From a virus: a stretch of 64,000 bases of DNA. A program made the position numbers and the translations under genes. The stretch is taken from IMG/VR virus record IMGVR_UViG_3300035145_002886; one strand, written 5' to 3'. Under the pieces are notes generated by a model. It was not told the DNA's origin, searched no databases, and saw only the letters and a program-made list of their open reading frames with translations. Shown here piece after piece: positions 46,253 to 55,264 of the stretch (positions are counted from its first letter, which is position 1; the number at the start of each line of letters is the position of its first letter).

Positions 46253-46271
46253 ATTCTATTTATTATAATTA
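46250..46271 (-). promoter_or_regulatory. Conserved stop-to-start spacer TAATTATAATAAATAGA(A/G)TATG, copy 1
   Basis: 21/22 identical to 53163-53184; contains ATAAATA. Confidence 0.55.
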
Positions 46272-47111
46272 GCTGTGGAACATCCAGTCAACTCCTTCGT
46301 CTCCTTTAATTTCTTCAATAATTTGATCAAGTTCCTCGTCTCCCATTGATTTAATTGCATCATAATCGAAGTCAACATTTCCCGGAAGGGCAAACTTAAA
46401 TATTCCAAGTTTAGCACCAAGAGACTGTTTAATCTTAGCACTTACATATCTAAAGAAAATCTCATCATTGTAAAGCGCACAATCGCTAATTGTTTCATAA
46501 ACTTGAAGAATCACATCACCCTTTGGAGTGTCTCCCATAAACTTTAACTCTCCAGTTAATTGTGAATATGAGAAAGAAATTGGATTCTCTAGGATTTGTC
46601 TAGCTAAATCGACAAGAGATTGATTTACCACGTAGTATTGTAGCTCTTCTGCAAATTCTGCTGGGCCAGACCCTTCATAAGCATCTCTAAACAACATCTT
46701 ATCGATTGCGAAGTCATTTCCACCTTCAAATCGAAGATCCATTCCTCCACCGCCGCCTTGCCAACCGCTCGTTAGGTCCCAAAGACCAAAAACTGAGTAA
46801 ACTTCACCAGATCCGTCCTGTCTTGCGCCTGGTAAATGTAATGCTCTGTGGTTCTTAAAGTAATCACTACTGAAAACAGTTTTTGGAATATGATAAAAGT
46901 TCTCAGCTACCGAATATTCATACTTTTTATAGAACCATTTTTTAGCTCTTTTAATAATGTTTAGGATTTCTCGTTGAGGAAGGTTTACCGGAACCATACA
47001 TGCACCGGTGATTTCATCTCCAATCTCTTCAAGAAATGCGTTCAAGCAATTATCACCAAAATCTCTTGGTGTAGTTAGTCCTGAATCGCTTCCACTTCTA
47101 ATTTCGCTCAT
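46269..47111 (-). CDS. Neck protein (T4 gp13-like)
   Basis: VPVNLPQREI...AKKWFY; C-terminal YVSAKIKQSLGAKLGIFKFALPGNVDFDYDAIKSMGDEEL matches the gp13 pattern. Confidence 0.7.
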   Translation of the reverse strand: MSEIRSGSDSGLTTPRDFGDNCLNAFLEEIGDEITGACMVPVNLPQREILNIIKRAKKWFYKKYEYSVAENFYHIPKTVFSSDYFKNHRALHLPGARQDGSGEVYSVFGLWDLTSGWQGGGGGMDLRFEGGNDFAIDKMLFRDAYEGSGPAEFAEELQYYVVNQSLVDLARQILENPISFSYSQLTGELKFMGDTPKGDVILQVYETISDCALYNDEIFFRYVSAKIKQSLGAKLGIFKFALPGNVDFDYDAIKSMGDEELDQIIEEIKGDEGVDWMFHS

Positions 47112-47112
47112 T

Positions 47113-48426
47113 TTATGAGTTTATTTTTTTACTTACGACAACTTCAGCGTCGTCAAATCTTGTTTCATCACCTACAAATCCCTCTCTAAAAATACCACCA
47201 ATCATCCTTCCTTTAAAAACTCCATCTCTTCCAAATACATAACAGTTTTTAGCAGTGACGCTACCATTAACGTAAGAAGACTTGATCTTTGATTCGGAAA
47301 CTTCAGTTCCCTGATAAAGATTACAGTATTCTAGCGTTGAGTTCTTGACCTTACAATTATAAAAGTTCGAATTGAATACATTTCCATTAATTTCACAGTC
47401 AACAAGGTCAAATCCATCTAGTTCATAACAAACTGGGAATTTACCGTCTTTCACCTGAATTGCTCCTAAGTCTGAATCATAGTTAATTATACCATCAACA
47501 AGGCCTCCAACCGATAGAGCAGAAACAATCTTATGTTTAATTCTTTCCCATTGTAATCTTATCACGGCTTCTGATTCTTGTAAATCAACCATTAGGTCAA
47601 TTTTCGGAAAATGCTTCTTTAAGTTTTTATGGTCCTTCAATATTTCTCTGTATGGAAGGTTTCTATTAAGAATCTTTTTTAACTCAACCTTATTAGTTTC
47701 TGTAAATTCCGTATGAAAACAAGACTTCCACATCTGGATAATAAATCTATCCAATAGGTAAAATATATTGTCCTTCTTTTCTTCGTAGTCTTTTCCTCCA
47801 ATATACCTAAACTCAAGATAATTTTTAACCTTCTTGTCAAAATTTATACCGTAATATTTTGTATTAGGGAAATTGAAATTATTTACAGTTAAAAAACTAT
47901 CATTGAAATAGAAAGACTCATGTTTAGGCACAACCCACTTAATAGACTTTGCATAGATTGAATCTTTTCGGTTTGGAAATAATTTATAAACTTGATCCTC
48001 ATTAAACTCAAGGATAAACTTAAGAACGTTCATCTTTGAGATGGTGTTATTGTCTTCAAGATAATTCTTATCGAATGAAAGATTTAAGTGAATTGAAGAC
48101 CTGTCAGTAGTATAGCCATTTTCTTTTATCCATCCTAGCATTTTTAAGATTACTATTCTAGCGTTTTTATATGGCATTGCACCGGTAACTAACTCAATCA
48201 AGCCTTTACCTCCCGACATATCAGGTTCCATCTTAAACACCTTATCGTCAGGTTGAAAATCAGAATGAGCTTTATCTTCGAGCTGTATTTTACGCCCAAG
48301 AAGTTCAGAAACTTTTTGTTGAGTTTCCTCTAGGCTGTAGTTAGAGTAAAACTCAAACTCAATCCCAACAAGAGAAGCGTTGAGTACTGAGTTTGAGTCT
48401 GAATGTCTATTTAGTGTTTGCATCAA
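47113..48426 (-). CDS. Putative amidoligase (COOH-NH2 ligase fold) with C-terminal beta-helix-like repeats
   Basis: VGIEFEF, EPDMS, IELVT, SSIHLNLS, KYYGINF, LEFRYIGG; tail with spaced NC/NS pentapeptide-like units. Confidence 0.7.
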   Translation of the reverse strand: MMQTLNRHSDSNSVLNASLVGIEFEFYSNYSLEETQQKVSELLGRKIQLEDKAHSDFQPDDKVFKMEPDMSGGKGLIELVTGAMPYKNARIVILKMLGWIKENGYTTDRSSIHLNLSFDKNYLEDNNTISKMNVLKFILEFNEDQVYKLFPNRKDSIYAKSIKWVVPKHESFYFNDSFLTVNNFNFPNTKYYGINFDKKVKNYLEFRYIGGKDYEEKKDNIFYLLDRFIIQMWKSCFHTEFTETNKVELKKILNRNLPYREILKDHKNLKKHFPKIDLMVDLQESEAVIRLQWERIKHKIVSALSVGGLVDGIINYDSDLGAIQVKDGKFPVCYELDGFDLVDCEINGNVFNSNFYNCKVKNSTLEYCNLYQGTEVSESKIKSSYVNGSVTAKNCYVFGRDGVFKGRMIGGIFREGFVGDETRFDDAEVVVSKKINS

Positions 48427-48454
48427 ATGATTATGATATTATACCTTTGTTTAG

Positions 48455-48462
48455 TATATATC
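48455..48462 (-). promoter_or_regulatory. GATATATA motif upstream of the amidoligase
   Basis: Intergenic copy. Confidence 0.55.
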
Positions 48463-48481
48463 ACTATCAGTATTGTGCAAT

Positions 48482-49756
48482 TTATTCTGGAAGCTTAAGA
48501 AAGATCTTTTGAGAATCTTTATCAATTCTACTAATCTGAACTGTTATCTTATCTCCTGCATTATATAAATCCATCACTGAAGGTTCTAATTCACTAACAT
48601 GTAAAAGACCAACCAATCCGGTATCGACAGTTATAAACAGTCCGTAATCTTTTTTAGTTTTTACGGTAGCCTCAACAGTACATGGGCATTTAAACTTTTT
48701 ATCAACGTCTCTCCATGGATTATCAATTGTTTCTGCTTTTTGACTTAGCGTTATTTTAGAATTGCTAATTATATCTTTTACCCAGAATTCAATTGCATCA
48801 CCTGGCTTAATTTCTCTAGACTTAAACTTAGAAAGCGTATCTGCGTCTAGATCGTTGGTGTGAATCATTCCAGTAAGACATGTGTCAAACTCAACAAATA
48901 CACCATATTTAGCGGTTCCCGTTACACTACCAGTTAGCTTATCTTCGATCTTCGCTTTTAGCTCTTCAATTTTACCAGGTATAAGAGCCTTTAAGTATTT
49001 TCTATGAGAAACTACAATTGTACCTCTTTCTGCTGAGAAAGACACGGGAACTACATATAATTCTTCTCCCAGAATAGAATTAAAGTCATGTAATTTATTA
49101 ATTCCAGCTAGAGAACCTGGCATGAAACAATCAACACCTTGAATATTGACGATATAACCGCCGTTCTCGATTAATCTATCAACCTTTCCAACCCATGCAG
49201 TGTCTCCATCTTCTACTCCAGCCTGTAGGTCTCTAAATACTTTTTGTTTCATTCCACCTGAGATAGAACCTAAAACATGGTCCTCTTTGGCTTGAATAAG
49301 AACAGAAACATCATCACCTGGGCGATATTCTTCGATAATATATCGAGGTTCTTTAGAAGTTTTAACATAGACCATTTCTCTCCAGTTAACATCAACTGTA
49401 ATCCATTCCGAACTAATAGCAAATACTTTACCGTCAATAATTTCGCCTTCAGTTACTGAAGATCTTATATTCGACATGCTATTATGTCCTTCCATTAGGT
49501 CATATAACTCTTGCGCATATGGCTCTCTAGAATAGACTCTGTCTCCTTCTTTAGTCTTAATGTGTGGGTTTGGTTTTCGATAGACTGAGATACAAGTTGC
49601 TTCATAAGCAGCCCAGTCAAATTCACCATTGGCGTCTAGCCAGTTTTCGATGCGGTCAGCGCCGCCGTCATTTTCAGAATCTGGAGTTTTAACTTCCAGA
49701 GTTTCTACGGGAGTAAGTTCTTTCTTCTTAATCCTCGCTCTTTTTTTGTCTGTCAT
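48482..49756 (-). CDS. rpsA: Ribosomal protein bS1 homolog (four S1 domains)
   Basis: GEIIDGKV.., GYIVNIQGVDCFMPGSL..TIVVSHRKYL, YGVFVEF..GMIHTNDL..ITLSQK..NPW, YGLFITVDTGLVGLLHVSEL..RIDKDSQKIFL; N-terminal FDWAAYE. Confidence 0.85.
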   Translation of the reverse strand: MTDKKRARIKKKELTPVETLEVKTPDSENDGGADRIENWLDANGEFDWAAYEATCISVYRKPNPHIKTKEGDRVYSREPYAQELYDLMEGHNSMSNIRSSVTEGEIIDGKVFAISSEWITVDVNWREMVYVKTSKEPRYIIEEYRPGDDVSVLIQAKEDHVLGSISGGMKQKVFRDLQAGVEDGDTAWVGKVDRLIENGGYIVNIQGVDCFMPGSLAGINKLHDFNSILGEELYVVPVSFSAERGTIVVSHRKYLKALIPGKIEELKAKIEDKLTGSVTGTAKYGVFVEFDTCLTGMIHTNDLDADTLSKFKSREIKPGDAIEFWVKDIISNSKITLSQKAETIDNPWRDVDKKFKCPCTVEATVKTKKDYGLFITVDTGLVGLLHVSELEPSVMDLYNAGDKITVQISRIDKDSQKIFLKLPE

Positions 49757-49784
49757 TTATTTTTAGATTAAAAGTGTAACAATG

Positions 49785-49792
49785 TATATATC
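49785..49792 (-). promoter_or_regulatory. GATATATA motif upstream of the bS1 gene
   Basis: Intergenic copy, 28 nt before the ATG. Confidence 0.55.
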
Positions 49793-49799
49793 CTTTAAA

Positions 49800-50444
49800 T
49801 TAGAGAGGTCTCATTCCAGTCCATGGTGTTGGTAGCGGGAATGGTGGCGTTCCAGGAACCAAGCCAATATATGCTCCTGCTATAGTTAGCATATGTTGTT
49901 CAAGTCCCTTTCTAATATCGCTTGCCATATCTTTGTATGCTTGATCTTGTGATTTAGTGTTAAAATTTCTAGTAAATGCATTTTTAAAACCATTCGTTAC
50001 TGAAATTGGATTTCCAGGAAAGAATAAAAGAGATCCTGGAAGAGGAGCTCTTAAAACTGCATATTGAGCTGGTGGCGGAAAAGGACTTATAGATCCTGGA
50101 ACCGCAACAGACCCCCAATATGCAACAACGGCAGCACCAATCGGAGACATCAAGGCCATGTTAGGCTTGATATTTGTCAATTGCATAGTTTTAAGAGCAG
50201 AAAAAATGGTCGCTTGAATTCCAAGTTTAGCACCGCTTAAGAGCCCTATTCCGATAGGAGTAAGTGGCCTCTTAAAAGTAGCAACTGTTCCTTCCACCGA
50301 AGAGATAGCGACTTGGTGATACAGTTCGGTAATTGTTGTTGCAATCTTAATAAGTTCAATATCGGGAGATCTTGGCTCTTCTGAAACATCTGCCCTCTCT
50401 TGTAACTTTTGTGCTAGTTGCTGTTCAAACGTTGCCCAATTCAT
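49800..50444 (-). CDS. Hypothetical Pro/Gly-rich protein
   Basis: 214-aa ORF downstream of the spike gene. Confidence 0.55.
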   Translation of the reverse strand: MNWATFEQQLAQKLQERADVSEEPRSPDIELIKIATTITELYHQVAISSVEGTVATFKRPLTPIGIGLLSGAKLGIQATIFSALKTMQLTNIKPNMALMSPIGAAVVAYWGSVAVPGSISPFPPPAQYAVLRAPLPGSLLFFPGNPISVTNGFKNAFTRNFNTKSQDQAYKDMASDIRKGLEQHMLTIAGAYIGLVPGTPPFPLPTPWTGMRPL

Positions 50445-51316
50445 TATTCTTCTAGTTTAATATCTTCGATTTTAACATCGAATGGTTCTTTATCAAATGG
50501 AGTAGTCTCAACTCTAATATCATTTCCAACCTCTTGTATTGAATATGAATGATATTCTTTTCCAACTTGAGGGTCCATCGAATCCTTTAACTCCTGAATT
50601 ATCTCATCCTTCTCTATTTCTATAAAAGTTGATGTACCATCTTCACCAATCTCAGTTTTCCAATTACCTATCTCAGGGGTCTCTATTGTTTCAATTGTTG
50701 TTTCTCCCTTCTTATTTAAAACACCAAAGGCCATAATAGGAAGATCCTCTAAATATTTTTTAATTAAGTTAGTTAAGATTTGCGTTTGTAAAACTACCAC
50801 ATAGTCATATAACCCTGATGTATTATTATAATTGTAGTTGAATCTTAAATTATTAAATCCAATGTTTAACACATCTTTAATATCTATTGAAATTATCTTA
50901 ATTTCTTTATTATTGCCGTCAATTATTTCAAAATCTCTTTCAACAGAAGCATATTCTTTCCAAAGATCTTCATCACCAAGTAATTGATGGATTTTATTAT
51001 TCGTTGAAAAAGAGCCGCTTGGTGAGAAGTCTGATAATATATCTTTAAACTCACTGCTTATCTGGTATTCAATTGGTTCTTTAACAAGAGCTTTAAATTT
51101 TAAGGGACTAAGATTTCCATTTGTAAGGTTTGCTATTATATTAGCGTTTATGGTTGCTTTAAAATACTTTTCAAAGTCTTTAGTAAATCTATCAATCTCT
51201 CTTAATTCAGCTCCCCCAACATTATAATCTATTTGATATGTCTGCGGGTCACGCTGTGCTGTTGCCGTAAAACTGAAACTAGAACCCCATTTATTTAATA
51301 GTTCATCGCGCGTCAT
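50444..51316 (-). CDS. Hypothetical protein
   Basis: 290-aa ORF with coupled junctions. Confidence 0.55.
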   Translation of the reverse strand: MTRDELLNKWGSSFSFTATAQRDPQTYQIDYNVGGAELREIDRFTKDFEKYFKATINANIIANLTNGNLSPLKFKALVKEPIEYQISSEFKDILSDFSPSGSFSTNNKIHQLLGDEDLWKEYASVERDFEIIDGNNKEIKIISIDIKDVLNIGFNNLRFNYNYNNTSGLYDYVVVLQTQILTNLIKKYLEDLPIMAFGVLNKKGETTIETIETPEIGNWKTEIGEDGTSTFIEIEKDEIIQELKDSMDPQVGKEYHSYSIQEVGNDIRVETTPFDKEPFDVKIEDIKLEE

Positions 51317-52005
51317 TATTTACCAGTTTGTTGATAGTTAACATGTTCTCCTTTTAGTTGAGGTACTAAAGAAGCTGTAGGCGGAAGTGGAGGTCCACTA
51401 GGCCCGACTCCGGTTGGATGGGTGTGTGCTAAATAATCGTCTAATAACTTATTTAGCCATTCTTCAAGCGACTTACCACGAACTGCAGGTTCACTCTCAT
51501 CAGTACCATCATTGGTTGCTATAAAAATATCGCCTGAATTAATAAAGATCTGTCCTTCTGGACTAAAGCGAATCATTGGAGCTTCAGTGTTTGATTCTCC
51601 AGTTGTAATTACAAGGCCGTCCTCGACTGAGTAATAGACTCTTAAATTTCTTTGTTCATCATAAACAAGAGAAATAACGTTCTGTGGCTCTTCACTATTT
51701 TCAAGAACCTCACTCTTTAGGGTATCATTCTGATTCACCTGGAACCAATATTCTGGGTGGTATATGTTACCATTATCAAAACGAACTGATACAATATCAC
51801 CAACCCTAGGAACTGCATGAGCACCTGGAAGATTACGATTCATAGGACTAGCCCATGGAATAGCCTCCTCTGGTAAAAGGTCAAACTTACCAAACACCTT
51901 GATTCTACATCTACCTGAATAAAGCGGATCTTCATTGTTTACCACTTCACCAAGCCAATGAGAATCTCGAGTGTTGTCTCTATATAGCTCGTTAGTAGTC
52001 TCCAT
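51316..52005 (-). CDS. Baseplate central spike (gp5/VgrG OB-fold, no lysozyme domain)
   Basis: WLGEVVNNEDPLYSGRCRIKVFG...IPWASP...VPRVGDIVSVRFDNGNIYHP; C-terminal HTH metal-binding motif (AHTHPTG). Confidence 0.85.
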   Translation of the reverse strand: METTNELYRDNTRDSHWLGEVVNNEDPLYSGRCRIKVFGKFDLLPEEAIPWASPMNRNLPGAHAVPRVGDIVSVRFDNGNIYHPEYWFQVNQNDTLKSEVLENSEEPQNVISLVYDEQRNLRVYYSVEDGLVITTGESNTEAPMIRFSPEGQIFINSGDIFIATNDGTDESEPAVRGKSLEEWLNKLLDDYLAHTHPTGVGPSGPPLPPTASLVPQLKGEHVNYQQTGK

Positions 52006-53165
52006 TATTTATATACGTTGTCGTTAAGCGGTCCTTCAGAATCTTGCGGAGACGGATCATATACATTAGCTCCAATCGGTCCTTCGCTATCTTGCGGTCG
52101 CCTATCGTGAATATTTTCTTTAATTGGTCCTTCTGCGTCTTTAGGCACTGGATCATATGCTGCACCAAGTTCTCCTTTAGGAACCGTAGTTGGTCTATCT
52201 CCAGCACCGCCTCCGCCAACAAGGTTTGCGATTCCATTAACTGATCCTGCAGAAATAGCGTCTTGTATGGTTGATAGAGTATTAGCACCGTATACATTAC
52301 CTAATAGCAATCTACCCTTTATGTTCTCTACAGTTCTATCAATAGCACTATCAACAATCTCACCAGCTTTTTCTAAAGCAATGTCACCAATCATTTGACC
52401 AATTGTTCTGTTTTGGTCATTTAGCATTGAATTGGCATATTCACCTTTTCCACTGCTTTTTTCCCATTTAATTTTAATTTTAGGAGCTGCTGCCGCTTCA
52501 GGACTTCTATTTAATCCTTCAAATATTTCACTAGTAGAATTCATGTCAAACTCACAGTGTCCAAGATCAATTGCAAAATGAGGTCTTTCGGCTTTTACTC
52601 CACCTGCATTTCCAAGAACATCAAGTGTAGTACTTCCAGGACTAACAGCATTAAAAACAGTCGAAGCTGACTTTAGCGCTTTTCCATTAGTAGAAAAGGT
52701 TCTTACTTCTGAAACATAGATATGCAATCCAAAGGTTCGTAAGTTCTTTGGTATAACTTCAACCCATCTATTAAAATCGAATGCCGCCTTTCGATAGAGA
52801 TCCATCATACCAGAAACGGTAAGTTCAACAGTTTCTAGACATTCAATTTCTATTTCTTGTTCTCCCCAAAAAGGATCTTTCATGTTCCACTGTCTTGTCT
52901 TTTCTAAACCACTAACCGACTGCCAAAACCAAGGATATTGCGAGTTTACCTTCTTTAAGATCTTAACAAAATTCTTAAGGCTATCTGCTCTTTCAATATC
53001 TTCACAAACATTTCTTAGATAGTCTTCTGCCATACCATTAAGCAGGGGAGAATGATCGCTATAATAGTCAAACATAAAGAAAAACGACAAGTATGTCGGA
53101 TCCTCGTGCATTGTATCAAATAGCTTGATCTTTCTAAAGTCTTTTGTGGTTCTAAAATCCTGCAT
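52005..53165 (-). CDS. Tail tube-fold baseplate protein (gp48/gp54-like)
   Basis: PWFWQSVSGL...IEIECLETVELTVSGMMDLYR; lies between the hub and spike genes. Confidence 0.45.
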   Translation of the reverse strand: MQDFRTTKDFRKIKLFDTMHEDPTYLSFFFMFDYYSDHSPLLNGMAEDYLRNVCEDIERADSLKNFVKILKKVNSQYPWFWQSVSGLEKTRQWNMKDPFWGEQEIEIECLETVELTVSGMMDLYRKAAFDFNRWVEVIPKNLRTFGLHIYVSEVRTFSTNGKALKSASTVFNAVSPGSTTLDVLGNAGGVKAERPHFAIDLGHCEFDMNSTSEIFEGLNRSPEAAAAPKIKIKWEKSSGKGEYANSMLNDQNRTIGQMIGDIALEKAGEIVDSAIDRTVENIKGRLLLGNVYGANTLSTIQDAISAGSVNGIANLVGGGGAGDRPTTVPKGELGAAYDPVPKDAEGPIKENIHDRRPQDSEGPIGANVYDPSPQDSEGPLNDNVYK

Positions 53166-53184
53166 ACTCTATTTATTATAATTA
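53163..53184 (-). promoter_or_regulatory. Conserved stop-to-start spacer, copy 2
   Basis: TAATTATAATAAATAGAGTATG. Confidence 0.55.
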
Positions 53185-54690
53185 TCCAGCTGACTTAGCA
53201 GCATTTATTCTTGCCGGCCATTCTCTTCTTGTCAATGTAACCCTTTGAGAATAGTTTCCTACAGAATCTTTATAAATTATATCAATCGATTCTATAATAT
53301 AATAGCCGCTCAAGAACTGATCTAACATTTGTTCGGGTCTCTCTTCTTCGCTCTTTCCATTATCAACTGCCGAGTCTTTAAATCCAGCATCCTCTTTCGC
53401 ATCTTTTAGGTTACCTGCCTCGACAAGTCGTTGTCTATCGGTATGATATATTAATACCGGTATCTTCATATATCTATAGAGACTTGCGTTAAATGTAGGT
53501 ATGGTAACCTCTAATTTTATCTTTTGAGTCTCATCAAAGTTTCTCTTATTGTGTAGCTGTGAAAATATGTGGTTTGGATGAACATTTCCAAGTCCCTCTT
53601 CACCAACGTCTTGGCGACCCATATATTTATGTTTTACCAAGTCAAGATATTCTTCACTCTCCCTGTTTCCCTTTAAGGGTTCTTGGAGATCTTTCAAATT
53701 TTCAGGATCGGTTGAAAGTGCTTCGATTCTAAACTCATCTAGCCTCTCTTCTGCATTATCATCATAGATTTGAATGTCTCTAAAATGACCATGTAATTCA
53801 TTAACTGAATTTGACTGATTTAAAATAGCATACTTTTCAAACCAATTATTTGTTGATTTAAAAGAAAGTTTGTTTGTTAAAAATAACTTAAACGGTGTAT
53901 TATCAACGCTAGTATCGCTTTCCATCTCTTCACTCATTGTTGTCGGTGGAGATGTCATAGTATCTTGAAAGTCTTGAATGCTTGGATTAGAGGCATTAAA
54001 AATCTTATTGATGTCGATAAAATTTAAGTAGTAATATTGGTCAATGAAGAAGTGTTGAAAGGATTCATCAGAGACATAAGAAGTCGACACAATTTGTTTT
54101 ATGAAGTCAAGATAATTAATAAACGGCTGAATCCTGATTTGTTCATCTACTGTTTCGTCTATATTTGATGCTAACCCTAGCTTTAATTCCTTAACAACTG
54201 TGGTCAAGTGCTCAAGAGATGTATTTGTTTCTAGATGTTGGCAATTTTCTGCAAATAATTTAGGAACACTAACTCTACCCGAGATCGAAACTTTCGAAGG
54301 CTGTCCCTCTTTTGGAGGCGCCGATTTTATATCGGTAATTTCAAAGTCAAGATGAATCGACTTATATGTTGCTTCATTTTTTGAGCCAATGTATACGGTC
54401 ATTTTATCGCCGTCTCTTGGAAAACTGTCAACCCCAAAAATATTTTTACTATCAATTAGAGTAGCCGAAACTGTAGGAAAAGGACCTTCAGATGAAAGCG
54501 TAAAAGTCTTCACATCATCTTTTGAGAATGCATAGTCATTAACAAAGATTGACGGCTTTTCAATACCAATATTCTTCGTTATTTTATCATTCTTTTTGGC
54601 TGACTCGGCCGGATCAGCGACCTCTATTTTTTTAGGCTCGATGGCTGGCTCAACTAGAGCCAATATGTTATTTCCTAAGTCTACTGCCAT
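53182..54690 (-). CDS. Baseplate hub protein (gp27-like)
   Basis: C-terminal LSGYYIIESIDIIY...QRVTLTRREW pattern; lies between the gp53-like gene and the gp5 region. Confidence 0.65.
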   Translation of the reverse strand: MAVDLGNNILALVEPAIEPKKIEVADPAESAKKNDKITKNIGIEKPSIFVNDYAFSKDDVKTFTLSSEGPFPTVSATLIDSKNIFGVDSFPRDGDKMTVYIGSKNEATYKSIHLDFEITDIKSAPPKEGQPSKVSISGRVSVPKLFAENCQHLETNTSLEHLTTVVKELKLGLASNIDETVDEQIRIQPFINYLDFIKQIVSTSYVSDESFQHFFIDQYYYLNFIDINKIFNASNPSIQDFQDTMTSPPTTMSEEMESDTSVDNTPFKLFLTNKLSFKSTNNWFEKYAILNQSNSVNELHGHFRDIQIYDDNAEERLDEFRIEALSTDPENLKDLQEPLKGNRESEEYLDLVKHKYMGRQDVGEEGLGNVHPNHIFSQLHNKRNFDETQKIKLEVTIPTFNASLYRYMKIPVLIYHTDRQRLVEAGNLKDAKEDAGFKDSAVDNGKSEEERPEQMLDQFLSGYYIIESIDIIYKDSVGNYSQRVTLTRREWPARINAAKSAG

Positions 54691-55256
54691 TATCCTTCGT
54701 TATTAGGTATTGTCTTATTTGAACCTCTATTAATATCGTCAATTACCTTTTCGGCAACTGGATCACTATATGCTTGTTTTCCAAATACAATCTTACCCCT
54801 TTCAAACTTAAAGTTTTTCTTGCCAACCGCGATTACATTTGGTGGAAGAAGATTTTCTTTATCATACTTCTTTTTAAGAGCTTCAACCCTCTTTTCGTCT
54901 TTCTTACTAAGTCTTTTCGTATCGACAAACTGTTGCTTAACAATATTCTCTTCTACTTGTGGGGCTCTATTAAACTTTTTAGTTCCAACCTCTGCAACCG
55001 GAATCTTAAGATATTGCCCTTCAACTATTGAAAATGGATTCGATATATTATTAAACTTTAAAATAAGATCTAATAGACTAGTGTCTCCATAGTATTTAGC
55101 GGCAATCAGATCTGGTCTTGCCTCTTGAAACTTATCAACTCTATGAGCCTCTTCAATCAACAATGTCTCCTCTTTATTTTGAAAAAGAAGAGTCGGAATC
55201 ATTAATAATAATTTTGTTCCGTCAGCTATTTTATTTACTATAGTTTTTAATTCCAT
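54690..55256 (-). CDS. Baseplate wedge gp53 / LysM-like protein
   Basis: RPDLIAAKYYGDTSLLDLILKFNNISNPFSIVEGQYLKIP. Confidence 0.8.
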   Translation of the reverse strand: MELKTIVNKIADGTKLLLMIPTLLFQNKEETLLIEEAHRVDKFQEARPDLIAAKYYGDTSLLDLILKFNNISNPFSIVEGQYLKIPVAEVGTKKFNRAPQVEENIVKQQFVDTKRLSKKDEKRVEALKKKYDKENLLPPNVIAVGKKNFKFERGKIVFGKQAYSDPVAEKVIDDINRGSNKTIPNNEG

Positions 55257-55264
55257 TTTAAGTA

